Origin: an uncultured Phycisphaerales bacterium
GTDB taxonomy: Bacteria > Planctomycetota > Phycisphaerae > Tepidisphaerales > Tepidisphaeraceae
Direction of reading: 5' to 3'
Assembly: GCA_963758525.1 (NCBI GenBank)
Contig: CAVWVQ010000005.1
Location: 256,001 to 320,000, forward strand
DNA: 64,000 bases
Shown: positions 51,920 through 63,069 of the stretch, in pieces
Layout of the letters: the number at the start of each line of letters is the position of its first letter
Numbering within the stretch: the stretch's first letter is position 1
Position numbers and translations under genes: made by a program
Notes under the pieces: model-generated
The model's database searches: none
Seen by the model: the letters and a program-made list of their open reading frames with translations, nothing else
Told to the model about the DNA's origin: nothing

Positions 51920-54900
51920 ATGCATCTTAGTAAAATTGATAACGGTCGGGCTCGAGCGCGAAAAACGAAGCTGTGGGATCGCATCGGCGATGCCTCTGCC
52001 GCAGTGGTCGAGGGACTGGAAAAGCGGGTACTGATGTCGGTCAACGTATTGACCTACCGCAATGACCCAAACAGTGACGGGGCTAACAGCAACGAAGTCC
52101 AGCTCAGCTCCGCCAACGTTAAGGTGGGTTCGTTCGGGAAACTCTCGACGACATCCGTGGACGGAAACGTCTATGCCCAGCCGCTGATCGACACTGGCGT
52201 TACGATCGCTACGGGTGTGAATACCACCGCGGGATCCGCGGGGGTGCATGACGTGGCCTATGTGGCGACGGAGAACGATTCGCTCTATGCAATCGATGCG
52301 TCCGTCGGCGGCAAAGGTAAGATACTCTGGCAGCGCAGCTTCCTCGAACAAACCCCCAATGGCAACGTTAATCCGGGCAGCGGCTCGGGTGTGCTCGGCG
52401 ATCAGGACGAATCACTTGCCAACACGACCGTCGTTGACACGCTGACAACCACCGACGTCGGTGTTGCGGACATCAGCCCGACCATCGGAATCACCGGAAC
52501 ACCGGTGATCGATCCAGCGAACAACGCAATCTACCTGGTCGTCAAGACCAAGGAATCGACTGTGGTCAACGGCGTGACCACCACCTACTTCGTGCAGCGA
52601 CTCCACGCCATCAACTTGTCCGATGGCACGGATGTCGTTGCGCCGTATGTGATCGGTACGACAATTGATGTGAAAAGCGGCAACACGGATACATACACGA
52701 ACAACTCGCCGATCTACGTGTACGGTACTGGCGACGGATCGGTGACCGACCCTTATAACGGCACGGGCAAGAAGGTGGTGCAGTTCAACGCCTTACGTGA
52801 GGCGGAACGCCAGGCCCTAAGCCTCGTGAACGGGCAACTCTATGTGAGCTGGGCCTCGCATGGCGACAATGGGCCGTATCATGGCTTCATCGCCCGCTGG
52901 AACGTGTCCGATCTGCAAGGCACTGATTCGGCCGGCGGCTTCCAGCTCAACGGAGTTCTCTGCTCTTCGCCCAACGACGGCGAATCAGGATTCTGGGGCG
53001 GAGGCGGCCGGCTGGTCTTCGAGCCCAATCCCAGTGGTTCAAGCCAGCCCACCAGTGACACCTTCTACGCGTTGACGGGAAACGGAACCGGCGGGGCGCC
53101 GGTCCTGAATGCCCAGGGATTCCCCAGCAACGCCAACTACAACGAAGCTCTCATCAAGGTCCAGCCGGATGCAACGACGAGCCCTGCCAACCAGAATTCC
53201 AATGGCTGGGGGATGAAAATTACCGACTACTTCATTCCCTACAATGTCACCGCGCTCGATGGCGCTGACTCCGATTTCGGCTCGGGCGCACCGCGCTATT
53301 ACCCGATTACGCTGCGGGGACGTCTGAGCCGCAACACCTGATGGTCGTCGGCGGAAAAGAAGGGAAGCTCTACCTGGTCAACCGCGATAACCTCGGTCAT
53401 TTCAGCGCCAATGGCGATAACGTGGTGAACGCCGTCCCCAATGGCTCGGGACAAAATACGCCAGCGACGGTCATCGGCGGCCTGCTGAGCACGCCCACAT
53501 ATTACAACGGGTTTCTCTACGCAGTTCCGGGCTACTCGGGCACCGCTACGCAATACGCGATCAGCTCGACAGGGATTATCTCCGCAGTCTCGCAAGCTCC
53601 CGAGGCGTCGTTCGCATCACTTGGCGGTTCCCCGTCGATATCCTCCAACGGCACCAGCAACGGGATTGTCTGGATATCTGATCGCAACAACAGCCAATTG
53701 ATCGCCTACGATGCGAGCTCGCTGTCCAACGAGTTGTGGAATAGCGGAAAGGCCGCTGGCGGCGCCGATACCCTGGGGGCGCCGACGAAGTTTTCCAATC
53801 CGACCATCGCCAATGGCGAAGTCTATGTCGGCACGGCAAACAGCTTTGTTGTCTACGGGCTCACACCACCTGCATCGGCGCCGCCGTTGGCGCCCACGCT
53901 CAGCGCCGTGACCGTCTCGGGATCCTCGGTTAATCTCAGTTGGACTGATACGACAGCCGCCCCAAATACGGCGAGCCTCTACTACATCTACGAGTCGACG
54001 AATGGAACCGCCGGTCCATTCAATCAGATCACCACGGCTCCCGCCGGAGCCACATCTATTTCAATCGGAGGTCTGAGCGGGCAGACGAGTTACACGTTTG
54101 AAATCCGAGGCTTCAATGGATTTGGCGGCTCCAGCTATTCGCCCTACTCGAACCCCGCCAGCGCACTGACGGGCTCGCAAAATTATACCGTCGACTTCAC
54201 CGGCGGCTTTGCCAATGCTTCCAACGTCCTGCAGTTGAACGGTTCCACTGCCGTTAATTCCACCTCCCTGGAGCTCACCGACGGCGGCGGCTTCGAGGCA
54301 GGAAGCGCCTTCACGAAGAGCGAGGTTGATGTCTCTTCGTTCAACAGCCAGTTCACCTTTAACACCACCGCCAACGAATCATCGGCCGACGGCTTTACGT
54401 TTACCATTCAGAACAGCGCGCAACGGCCCTGGGGATTTCGGGCGCGGGCTTGGGTTACGGCGAGGGCTCTCCGGGCGCAGGCGGGGGCATTCCAAATAGC
54501 GTTGCCGTGAAATTCGATCTGTACGACAACGGGGGGGAGGGAATCAACTCCACCGGGCTGTACCAGGACGGCGCCGCCCCGATCAGCGCGGGCTCGATTG
54601 ACCTGACCCCCAGCGGCATCGATCTGCACAGCGGCGACCCGTTCCAGGTCAACATGAGTTACAGCGACAACACGCTCACTGTGCTGATCACGGATGAGAC
54701 CACCCAGAAAACGGCAACGCAAACTTATACCGTCAACATCCCCCAAGTGATCGGCTCCAATGCCGCGTATATCGGGTTCACCGGCGGAACGGGCGGAATC
54801 ACTTCAACCAACAACATCACCACCTGGCAGTACAACTCCACTACTCCAGTCTCTCCCAACGCGCCTACCGGCCTGGGTTCCGTTCCCGCAACAGCGACTT

Positions 54901-57900
54901 CGGTAACACTGAATTGGAACGCCAACTCCAGCAATCAGACTGGATACCATTTGGACAGGGCGACTGATCCCAATTTCACGCAGAGCTTGATCACCGAGAA
55001 TTTGCCCGCCACGCCCGCTTCGTTTATTGACGGAGCCGCTGGCCTGGCGCCGGGAAGCACTTATTACTACCGCTTGCGCACTTTCAACGGCGCGGGCGAC
55101 TCGGGCAATTCAAACACGGCACAGGTGACGATCCCGCTTGCCCCGGCCAAGCCGACGCTTCAGCAGGTGGATGATGTCACAACCAACGAGATCGATATCA
55201 GCTGGCAGGACAATGCGGGCAACACCGCCCAGGGTTACCATATCTTCAAGGCGGTCAATCACGGTGCGTTCAACCTGGCGGCCTCGCTCCCGCCCACCTC
55301 GCGGCCGGCGACCAGTGAATACGACTGGAGCGACACGAATCTCAGCCCCGGAAATTACTACGAATACCATATCGTGGCGTACAACACCTCCGGCAACAAC
55401 GACTTCGCGGGCGTCAACGCAACGACCATCACCACTCCGCCGACAGGGCTCACCGCCGTCAATTCCAACACCGGCTCGGTCACGCTCAACTGGACGCCTC
55501 CCTCTATCGGAGCGGCGACCTACAACATCTATCGCAGCATGACCAGTGGCGGCGAAGGGGCCACCACACCAATCAAGACTGGCGTCACCGGGACGGTCCA
55601 AAGCAACGGCACTGTCAGCTACTCGGACAGCAGCGGTGTCAACAACACGACTTATTACTACGAAGTGTCGGCGGTCAACGCCAACACCAATATTACGCCC
55701 ACGATTTCCTCTGAGAGCCTGGTCTCCAACGAGGCAAACGTACTCTTCGTCACGCCGCCGGCGAACACCCCGTCAACTCCGACGGCGGTCCCCGGGAATC
55801 AGGCCATCAGCGTGATTTGGCCGACCGTCGCCAATGCCACCAGTTACAGCATCTATCGCTCCACCGCCGCCGGTCAGGAAACGCTGTACCAAAGCAACCT
55901 GCCCGCGACAGGTGGGCAATCCGGCGTCTTCACGGATTTCTCCGTAACCGCGGGCACGACCTATTTCTACAAGGTGTGCGCCAGCAATGGTGGGGGGCCC
56001 AGCGCACTTTCCCCCGAAGCGTCCAGCGTCGCGGTCGGCGCCAGCACGCTGTCGGACTCGGACATCGGAGAGTCCCAGGCCGGATCGATCAATGTCAAAA
56101 ATGGCACGTACACAATCACCGCTGGAGGCCTCGACATCTTCGGAACTGCCGATCAGTTTAATTACGACGCAGGCACGGTTCTTCCAACCAACTCGGTCAT
56201 CGAAACGGAGGTAACCAACATCCAGAACATCACCGCTTACACCAAGGCCGGTGTGATGTATCGCGCCAATAACTCCGATCACAATTACATGGACCCGGGC
56301 GCGGCTGAAGTTTCAATGCTCGCCACGCCGGGCGCCGGCGTGCTGTTCGAATATCGCCTGGGGTATCAGGCATTCACCACGAGCGTGAAGGATATGACGG
56401 TCCCCGCTCCCAGCGCATCGGCCCCAGTTTGGCTCGAAGTCGTGCGCACCGGGAATAATTACAGCGGCTTCTACAGCCTCAATGGCTTGACTTGGGTGCA
56501 GGTCGGGACGGCCACCACCGTCAATCTTGGCAATACTCCGGTTGCCGGAATTGGCGTCACCTCGCACAACAACACGCTGACGGCCACGGCCAGCTTCACC
56601 AACGTCTTGATCCCCTCTGTGGTTAGCCTGCCGGCGGTACCAACAGGCGTAACCGCGATCCCGGGAAGCAGTTCGGTCAGCGTCGTCTTCCCGAACGTTC
56701 CCAAGGCAACCAGCTACAACATCTATCGCTCGACCACCTCCGGCGGAGAAGCGATCTACAAGAGCGGAATCCTCGCCAGTGGTGGGACCTCCACGCTCTT
56801 CACGGATACGAATGTGACCAACGGCACCACGTACTACTACAAGGTCACCGCTCTCAACGCCGCGGGGGAAACCGCCCCGTCAACTGAATCATCGGCGACG
56901 CCCGTGGCGGCGGGCGCTCTGCGGGACGCCGATATCGGCGGGCTCGCCCCGTCTGCCGGGTCCGCGGTCGGCAGCGGAACGATCACGCTCTCCGGTGGTG
57001 GCGCCGACATCTTCGGAAATTCAGACCAGTTCAACTTCGATTCATCCGCCGGAGCCACGGGCAATACGGCCCTGACGACGGAAATCACCAGCCTCTCCAA
57101 TACCAACCCCTTCACCAAGGCCGGCCTCATGCTCCGAAGTGACGGGAGCCCCGGCTCGGCCCAGGTATCTGTGCTGGCCACTCCGGGCAATGGCGTGATG
57201 TTCGAATGGCGCGCGGTTGCTGGAAATGCGTCGGTCAGCGTCAAGGATTCAACCGTTCCGATTCCCACCGCATCCAACCCTGTTTGGCTGCAACTCATTA
57301 GAATCGGAAACAGCTTCAGTGCCTTCTACAGTCTCAACGGCTCGGCATGGGTGCAGGTCGGGACGGCTCAAACCGTCAGCCTGAGCCCGACACCATTGGC
57401 CGGGCTTGCGATCACGTCACATAACACTGGCAAGCTTGCCACCGCCACCTTCACCAATACCTCGATTCCCGGATCAACCGCCGCACCGGCGATTCCCACC
57501 GGCATTACTGCCGTGGCCGCCGGTACGGCCGTAAGCCTGCTCTTCCCCTCCGTCAGCGGTGCGACCAGCTACAACATCTATCGCTCAACCAGCGCAGGTG
57601 GGGAGACACTCTACAAGAGCGGCGTCACGCCCGGTGGTGGCGCCTCGACTCTCTTCACCGACACAGCTGTCACCGCCGGTACGAAGTATTACTACAAGGT
57701 GACCGCCCTGGCTGGCGGAGCCGAAAGCGGGCAGTCCAGCGAGGTCGTTGCCACTCCGACCGCGTTGGGGACGCTCGCCGATGCGGACATTGGCATCGGA
57801 TCCGATCCGGCGGGTAACGCCAGCTTGAGCAATGGGACTTACACCGTCTCGGGCAGCGGCGGCGACATCTTCAACAAGGCTGACGCCTTCAATTTTGACT

Positions 57901-58343
57901 CGACAACGACCACCGGTGACACGACGCTTATTACCAAAGTGACGAGTCTCTCCAGTCCGAGCAACACCAGTTCAGTCGCCAAGGCGGGCGTGATGTTCCG
58001 CGCCAGCTCGGATCCAAAGGCCGCGGAAGTCTCTCTCGTCGCCACTCCGGGCGAAGGGGTCTTCTTCCAGTGGCGATCCACGTACGGCGGAGTGTCCAAC
58101 AGTGTCAAGGTGCTGGGTATCTCCGGACCGACAGCGGCCAAACCGGTCTGGGTGCAACTGGTGCGGACGGGCAGCACGTTCACTGCCTTCTACAGCGCCG
58201 ACGGTGTTTCTTGGATCCAGATCGGCACCCCGCAGACGATCGCGCTCTCCAGCCTGCCCAGCGCGGCGCTGACCGGATTGGCCGTCACTTCCCACAACGA
58301 CAGCCAGCTCGCGACCGCCACGTTTACGAACGTCGTCATGTGA
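51920..58343 (+). CDS. Giant secreted multidomain protein (~2100 aa): LEPR-XLL motif, PQQ-like propeller, FN3 repeats, L-type lectin, three concanavalin/DUF1349-like modules; frameshifts ~53294 and ~54419
   Basis: EGLEKRVLMS; VDGNVYAQPL, GITGTPVID, DSDFGSG, GKEGKLYL; ADGFTF..Q lectin motif; FN3 (YNIYRST, YYYKVTA); three repeats of DIFG..DQFN...KAG.M.R...GLAVTSHN. ORFs 51920..53341, 53341..54510 and 54450..58343 join across single indels. Confidence 0.8.
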
Positions 58344-58394
58344 TCGAGGCAGTCAGCCACAGATCGCGGCCTTGCGCCGCAATCCCAAACTCAC

Positions 58395-58428
58395 AGACCC
58401 CGCCGGATTCCGGCGGGGTCTTTTATTT
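58395..58428 (+). terminator. Intrinsic terminator between convergent genes
   Basis: AGACCCCGCCGGA-T-TCCGGCGGGGTCT followed by TTTATTT. Confidence 0.85.
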
Positions 58429-59517
58429 CGTGGGTGCAACGAACAGTCCGACCGCTCCCGCCGTGATGCAGATCTGTTTGCTCCTCGTATTGCGTGCAAC
58501 AACATTTTTCGCGTACCCGTCAAAGTGCCAGAAAGCGGGATCGCTATTCCCGTCCGCGTTGCCGACATGCACGAGAACCGCGTGCTTGCACCCCTCCACC
58601 GTCATCCCGTCTACCGCAACACCTCGGCTGGCGGCGATTGTCTGTTTGTATGAGCTGCCGTTGGAAACCGAGGAACTGATTTCGATCGCGGAGCCGATCG
58701 CGTTGGTCACGATCAGATTGGAAACGCTGACGTTCAAACTCCCCGCGATACGGCACCCGTTGGAACGCGAATTGGTCGAACGAATGTTGGCGGCAATGGA
58801 ATCGCTGTTCGACCATGCTCCCAGAGACGGCTCGCTGAATGGCCCCTTCCCGGTAGTCGGTCCGTAGTACGTGACGAAGGCGAGTGTGTCGTCCCCTGTG
58901 TTGATGCCGGTTATATCGTCAGCGCGCACACGCCGGCAGGCGTTGAAGTGGAGGCCGTCGGCCAACGTGTTCACAGCCGTGAAATTCCCAACGCTCACGT
59001 CGCTGCAGCCCATGAAGACGGCGCCCGCTTGCGGAGCGCCTTCGACGGTCACGTTGCGCACAACGACGTCCCCAATCTGCTGTGATTCGCTTGGATATCC
59101 GCGCAATTCAATTCCGAATCCGAATCCGCGTTGGCTGGGAAACGTCTTCCATTTCACGTGCGCGTTCAGTACCGCGATGTTCCGCGCCCGCCCTTGGATC
59201 AGAATGCCGTTGCCAGTGCCCAGGCCGTCCCGAAGATTGTCCATCAGAAGCATTGCTCCGGCATCAAACTGAACGGTGAGGTTGCTGACGTTGTCGAACC
59301 TGGCGGCGGTGCCGGGAGTTGCATGCCGATAGATGCCGGCGGGAAAGAGAAGCGTTCCCGATCGGTTGGCGCTCAGAGCCTTTGCTGCGCTCTGAATCGC
59401 CGACCCATCGTCGGCAACTCCGTCACCGACGGCCCCGAATGCGCGGACGTCGAAGACGGCGGCGACTGCCGTTGCCGGAGAGCATGATTCGGTCTGTCGT
59501 GAGTCCGGATCATTCAT
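58423..59517 (-). CDS. Right-handed beta-helix glycoside hydrolase-like protein, paralogue 4
   Basis: FDVRAFGAVGDGVADD...LLFPAG.Y (Pectate_lyase_3-type start); NTLADGLHF...NTGDDTLAF. Confidence 0.8.
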   Translation of the reverse strand: MNDPDSRQTESCSPATAVAAVFDVRAFGAVGDGVADDGSAIQSAAKALSANRSGTLLFPAGIYRHATPGTAARFDNVSNLTVQFDAGAMLLMDNLRDGLGTGNGILIQGRARNIAVLNAHVKWKTFPSQRGFGFGIELRGYPSESQQIGDVVVRNVTVEGAPQAGAVFMGCSDVSVGNFTAVNTLADGLHFNACRRVRADDITGINTGDDTLAFVTYYGPTTGKGPFSEPSLGAWSNSDSIAANIRSTNSRSNGCRIAGSLNVSVSNLIVTNAIGSAIEISSSVSNGSSYKQTIAASRGVAVDGMTVEGCKHAVLVHVGNADGNSDPAFWHFDGYAKNVVARNTRSKQICITAGAVGLFVAPTK

Positions 59518-59527
59518 CGTGCCCAGT

Positions 59528-61126
59528 TTATAAGAGAGCGGCTGTGATGGGAGCGAGAACCGGCTCGTTCTTCTTTTTCAAGTCTGCTGCCGGCCGTGGT
59601 TTTTTTGCTTTCGTTCTGCGCGGGCGAGCGGGCCGCTTCTTCACCTTTCGTTGATGATGAGCTGGCGACGCCGCGGTTGTCTCTGCCGCGGCGGGAGCGC
59701 CAGGCAGCGAAGAGACGGTTGCAACCGTACCCGTGGCGTTCGCGGCCGCAACAGGAGCAACTGAACTTGTGCTCTGGGTCACGGGAGTAGCGGTCGGGCC
59801 GGACGAACTGCCCGTGGAAGTTGTGCCGCTGGCGGGACTGGAGGTTGTGGTCGGGCTGGGCGCTGTAGTGGTGGAAGTCGCACCCCCGGTGGCGATGGAA
59901 CCCGCTGGTCCGGAAGAGCTGGGAGCGGAAACCGAGCCAACGGGAGCGATATTGAGTCCCAGGGCCCCCTGGGTGATCGCTACCGGAATACTTCGAGTAT
60001 CGCTTGCCGAAATGTTGCTCACCGACGCACCGAATTGCCAGTACGTGGGGTCGTCGCTGTTGCTGGCGTCGCCGCCAACATTTGCAAGAAACGCATGATA
60101 ACAGCCGGAAACCTTCAGCCCGTTGACCACGATGCCTCGGCTGGCGGCATAAGTCCACATATAAGAACTGCCGTTGGCGATCGAGGAGTCGACTTCGAGC
60201 CCAGAGCCTATGGCATTTGACACATTCAGATTGGAGATGCTTACGTTCATGCCTCCGCTGATCCGGCAGCCGTTCGCGTGAGAGTTGGTCGAGTAGATGT
60301 CGGTCGCCGTTGAATTCGAGTCGGACCAGGCGCCCAGGGTGTTCTCGCTGAAAGGCCCGGCTCCTGTGGTCGGACCCTTATAGGTGACGAATGCCAGGGT
60401 GTCGTCGCCGGTGTTGATGCCGGTGATCTGGTCGGCAGTGACATGACGGCAGGCGTTGAAGTGCAGCCCGTCGGCCAACGTGTTCATTGCCGTGAAGTTT
60501 TGCACGGTCACGTCACTGCAACCCATGAAGACGGCGCCGGTTTGCGGCGCCCCTTCAACCGTGATATTTTGAAGGACTGCATCCTCGATCGTTTGCGAGT
60601 CGCTCGGGTACCCGAGGAATTCCAGGCCCGATCCGAAGCCCCGCTGCAAGGGAACTGTCGCCCACTTGATGTGAGCGCCAATTACCGAAACATTCGTCGC
60701 GGGACCTTTGATCAGAATGCCGTGCCCGGTGCCCAGGCCGTCCGCAAGATTATCCATCAGCAGCGTCGACCCGCCGTCAAATTCAATCTTCAGATTGCTG
60801 ATGCCGTCAAAAGTGATGGCAGTGCCCGGCGTGGCGTCGCGATAGGTGCCGGCGGGAAAGAGCAATGTGCCCGAACCATTCTCCACCAGCGCGTTTACGG
60901 CGGCGGTGATCGCCGGCTCGTCATTTGTCTTGCCATCGCCCAGTGCGCCATAAGAACGCACGTCGAAGACAGCTGAGGTCGCGGTCCCCGCCACTGCCGA
61001 AAAGAGGACTCGGGATTCCATCGTTTCGATGGATACCGGAGCGGCAGGTGTGCCCCCTGGCCTCACATTCCGCGAAGCACCCAATCGCCATTTCCGCGTT
61101 TGCGGATGGGTTACAACATTGTCCAT
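59528..61126 (-). CDS. Beta-helix glycoside hydrolase-like protein, paralogue 3, with LEPR-XLL motif and Ser/Thr-rich + basic tail
   Basis: IETMESRVLFS; same core motifs; tail TSTTTAPSPTTTSS...QRKVKKRPARPRRTKAKK. Confidence 0.82.
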   Translation of the reverse strand: MDNVVTHPQTRKWRLGASRNVRPGGTPAAPVSIETMESRVLFSAVAGTATSAVFDVRSYGALGDGKTNDEPAITAAVNALVENGSGTLLFPAGTYRDATPGTAITFDGISNLKIEFDGGSTLLMDNLADGLGTGHGILIKGPATNVSVIGAHIKWATVPLQRGFGSGLEFLGYPSDSQTIEDAVLQNITVEGAPQTGAVFMGCSDVTVQNFTAMNTLADGLHFNACRHVTADQITGINTGDDTLAFVTYKGPTTGAGPFSENTLGAWSDSNSTATDIYSTNSHANGCRISGGMNVSISNLNVSNAIGSGLEVDSSIANGSSYMWTYAASRGIVVNGLKVSGCYHAFLANVGGDASNSDDPTYWQFGASVSNISASDTRSIPVAITQGALGLNIAPVGSVSAPSSSGPAGSIATGGATSTTTAPSPTTTSSPASGTTSTGSSSGPTATPVTQSTSSVAPVAAANATGTVATVSSLPGAPAAAETTAASPAHHQRKVKKRPARPRRTKAKKPRPAADLKKKNEPVLAPITAALL

Positions 61127-61294
61127 GGCTCTTCAATCGGTTCAACAGAGTCCCCGCTTCTCAGCAACTTCCCTCAAAAGCTCGACGCTGAAGGTATTGT
61201 CGGCAATCCGTACGACTGAAGTCGCATAACCCGGAAACTCGCCAGGAATCAGACTTCATTCACTCCACTCCCGAGCGGGTGTCATTCGCTGCCC

Positions 61295-62914
61295 CTATTG
61301 CAGCAGCGTCCGCTCCTCCACTTCCAGCAGCGTGATGGTTCTCCCATGCATGTGCTGGCCGGTCGCTCGGACGCCGGACCGGACCCTTGGGCCGACCTTT
61401 GTTCTCGGCCGCGTCGGGGTCGCCTTAATGATCGTGGCTGAGCCTGACGTTCCCTTGCCACTGATGGTGGCGGCGATCGGCGTTTGGACGACCGACTTCG
61501 AGGAAGGTATCGAGCTCGCGCTGGTAGTGACGCTCTCAACGGTGCCGGGTGAACTGGAGCCGGACGCAGCACTGCCCGCACCCGTAGCAGCCGCTGCCGT
61601 AGAACTGGAGCTGTCATCGGCAACGATAGGAGTGGTCCCGGCACTGGAGCCCGAAGCAGGAGAGCTGGCAACTGCAGGCGCTGAAGCGGAGCTGGCGGCG
61701 GCGCTTGAGCCAACAGGATCGATCACCAGGCCGGTCGCGCCAGGCGTGATGGTAACGGGGGTGCTTCTCGTGCCCTGCGCTACCACGTTGCTGACGGTTC
61801 CGCCAAATGCCCAGAACGTTGGATCGGTGTTGCCGGCGGCATCGCTGACTTCCAGGAGCACGGCGTGATAACAGCCGGTCACGTTCAGCCCATCCACGGT
61901 GACGCCCTTACTGCCGCCGATCGTCCACGAGAAGGTCGTGCCGTTGGCAATCGAAGAACCGATTTCCACGCCGGAGCCGATGGCGTTGATCACCGTGAGG
62001 TTCGATACGCTGACGTTGAGCACACCGGAGATTCGGCAGCCATTCGCATGGGAGTTGGTCGAAGTAATGTTGGTGGCGGTTGAATTGGAGTCTGACCATT
62101 CGCCGAGCGATGGCTCGCTATAGGGTGCGGTGGCGGTGGTTGGGCCGTAATACGTCACAAATGCGAGAGTGTCGTCGCCGGTGTTTACGCCGGTGATGTG
62201 ATCCGCAGTGACGTGACGGCAGGCATTGAAGTGCAGGCCGTCCGCCAGCGTGTTCATTGCGGTGTAATTCTCGACGTTGACGTCGCTGCAACCCATGAAG
62301 ATCGTGCCTGCCTGTGGTGCCCCTTCGATGGTGACGTTCTCCACGGATGCATTTTCGATCGTCTTCGCATCGCTGGGATATCCCTTGAATTCTATGCCGA
62401 AGCCAAAGCTGCGCACGCTGGGCAGCGTCTTCCATTTGATGTGCGCGCCGATCACCGAGTCATTGCTCGCGTGTCCTTGAATCAGGATCCCGTTGCCGGT
62501 GCCGCTGCCTGATTTGAGATTATCCATCAATAGCGTTGCGCCGCCGTCGAACTCAACGGTCAGATTGCTGATACCGTCAAAGCGCACGGCAGAGCCCGGC
62601 GTGGCGTCGCGGTAGGTTCCTGCGGGGAAAAGGAGCGTTCCGGACCCGTGCGCCGACAGCGCCTTTGCTGCCGCGGTGATGGCCGCTTCGTCGTTGGTGA
62701 CCCCATTGCCAGTAGCGCCGTAACTTTTGACGTTGAAGATGACAGGCGTTGGCAGGGCGGCAACAGTGGAAAACAGAGCGCGCGATTCCAGCGTTTCGAT
62801 CGCCGCCCGAAGCAGCGAAATGCTGTGCAACGCGTCAACTTTGCCACGCCTGAGCGACGACGAATTTCGATCCGAGTGAACGAGCGTGACGAGTTTGCTT
62901 ATTGGGGTGAGCAT
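61295..62914 (-). CDS. Beta-helix glycoside hydrolase-like protein, paralogue 2, with LEPR-XLL motif and Ser/Ala-rich tail
   Basis: IETLESRALFS; same core motifs; tail SSAAASSAS...PTRPRTKVGPRVRSG. Confidence 0.82.
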   Translation of the reverse strand: MLTPISKLVTLVHSDRNSSSLRRGKVDALHSISLLRAAIETLESRALFSTVAALPTPVIFNVKSYGATGNGVTNDEAAITAAAKALSAHGSGTLLFPAGTYRDATPGSAVRFDGISNLTVEFDGGATLLMDNLKSGSGTGNGILIQGHASNDSVIGAHIKWKTLPSVRSFGFGIEFKGYPSDAKTIENASVENVTIEGAPQAGTIFMGCSDVNVENYTAMNTLADGLHFNACRHVTADHITGVNTGDDTLAFVTYYGPTTATAPYSEPSLGEWSDSNSTATNITSTNSHANGCRISGVLNVSVSNLTVINAIGSGVEIGSSIANGTTFSWTIGGSKGVTVDGLNVTGCYHAVLLEVSDAAGNTDPTFWAFGGTVSNVVAQGTRSTPVTITPGATGLVIDPVGSSAAASSASAPAVASSPASGSSAGTTPIVADDSSSSTAAAATGAGSAASGSSSPGTVESVTTSASSIPSSKSVVQTPIAATISGKGTSGSATIIKATPTRPRTKVGPRVRSGVRATGQHMHGRTITLLEVEERTLLQ

Positions 62915-63069
62915 GCTCTCAAATCGGCACGCCCGAGCCGGCGGACTTGAGCCACGCGCGGAGAAAATTGATTTGTTAAATCTTTGTCGACGATCAATTC
63001 CGCACAAACCGTACAAGGGGCAGGGTCGAGCGGCCGCGGCCGTTGCGCCGGCAAGATCGTGACAGCGAC

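Noticed and set aside
59470..59517. Degenerate LEPR-XLL motif (DRIMLSG) in an alternate frame at the start of paralogue 4
   Set aside because: Too short and divergent to support a frameshifted leader without alignment.
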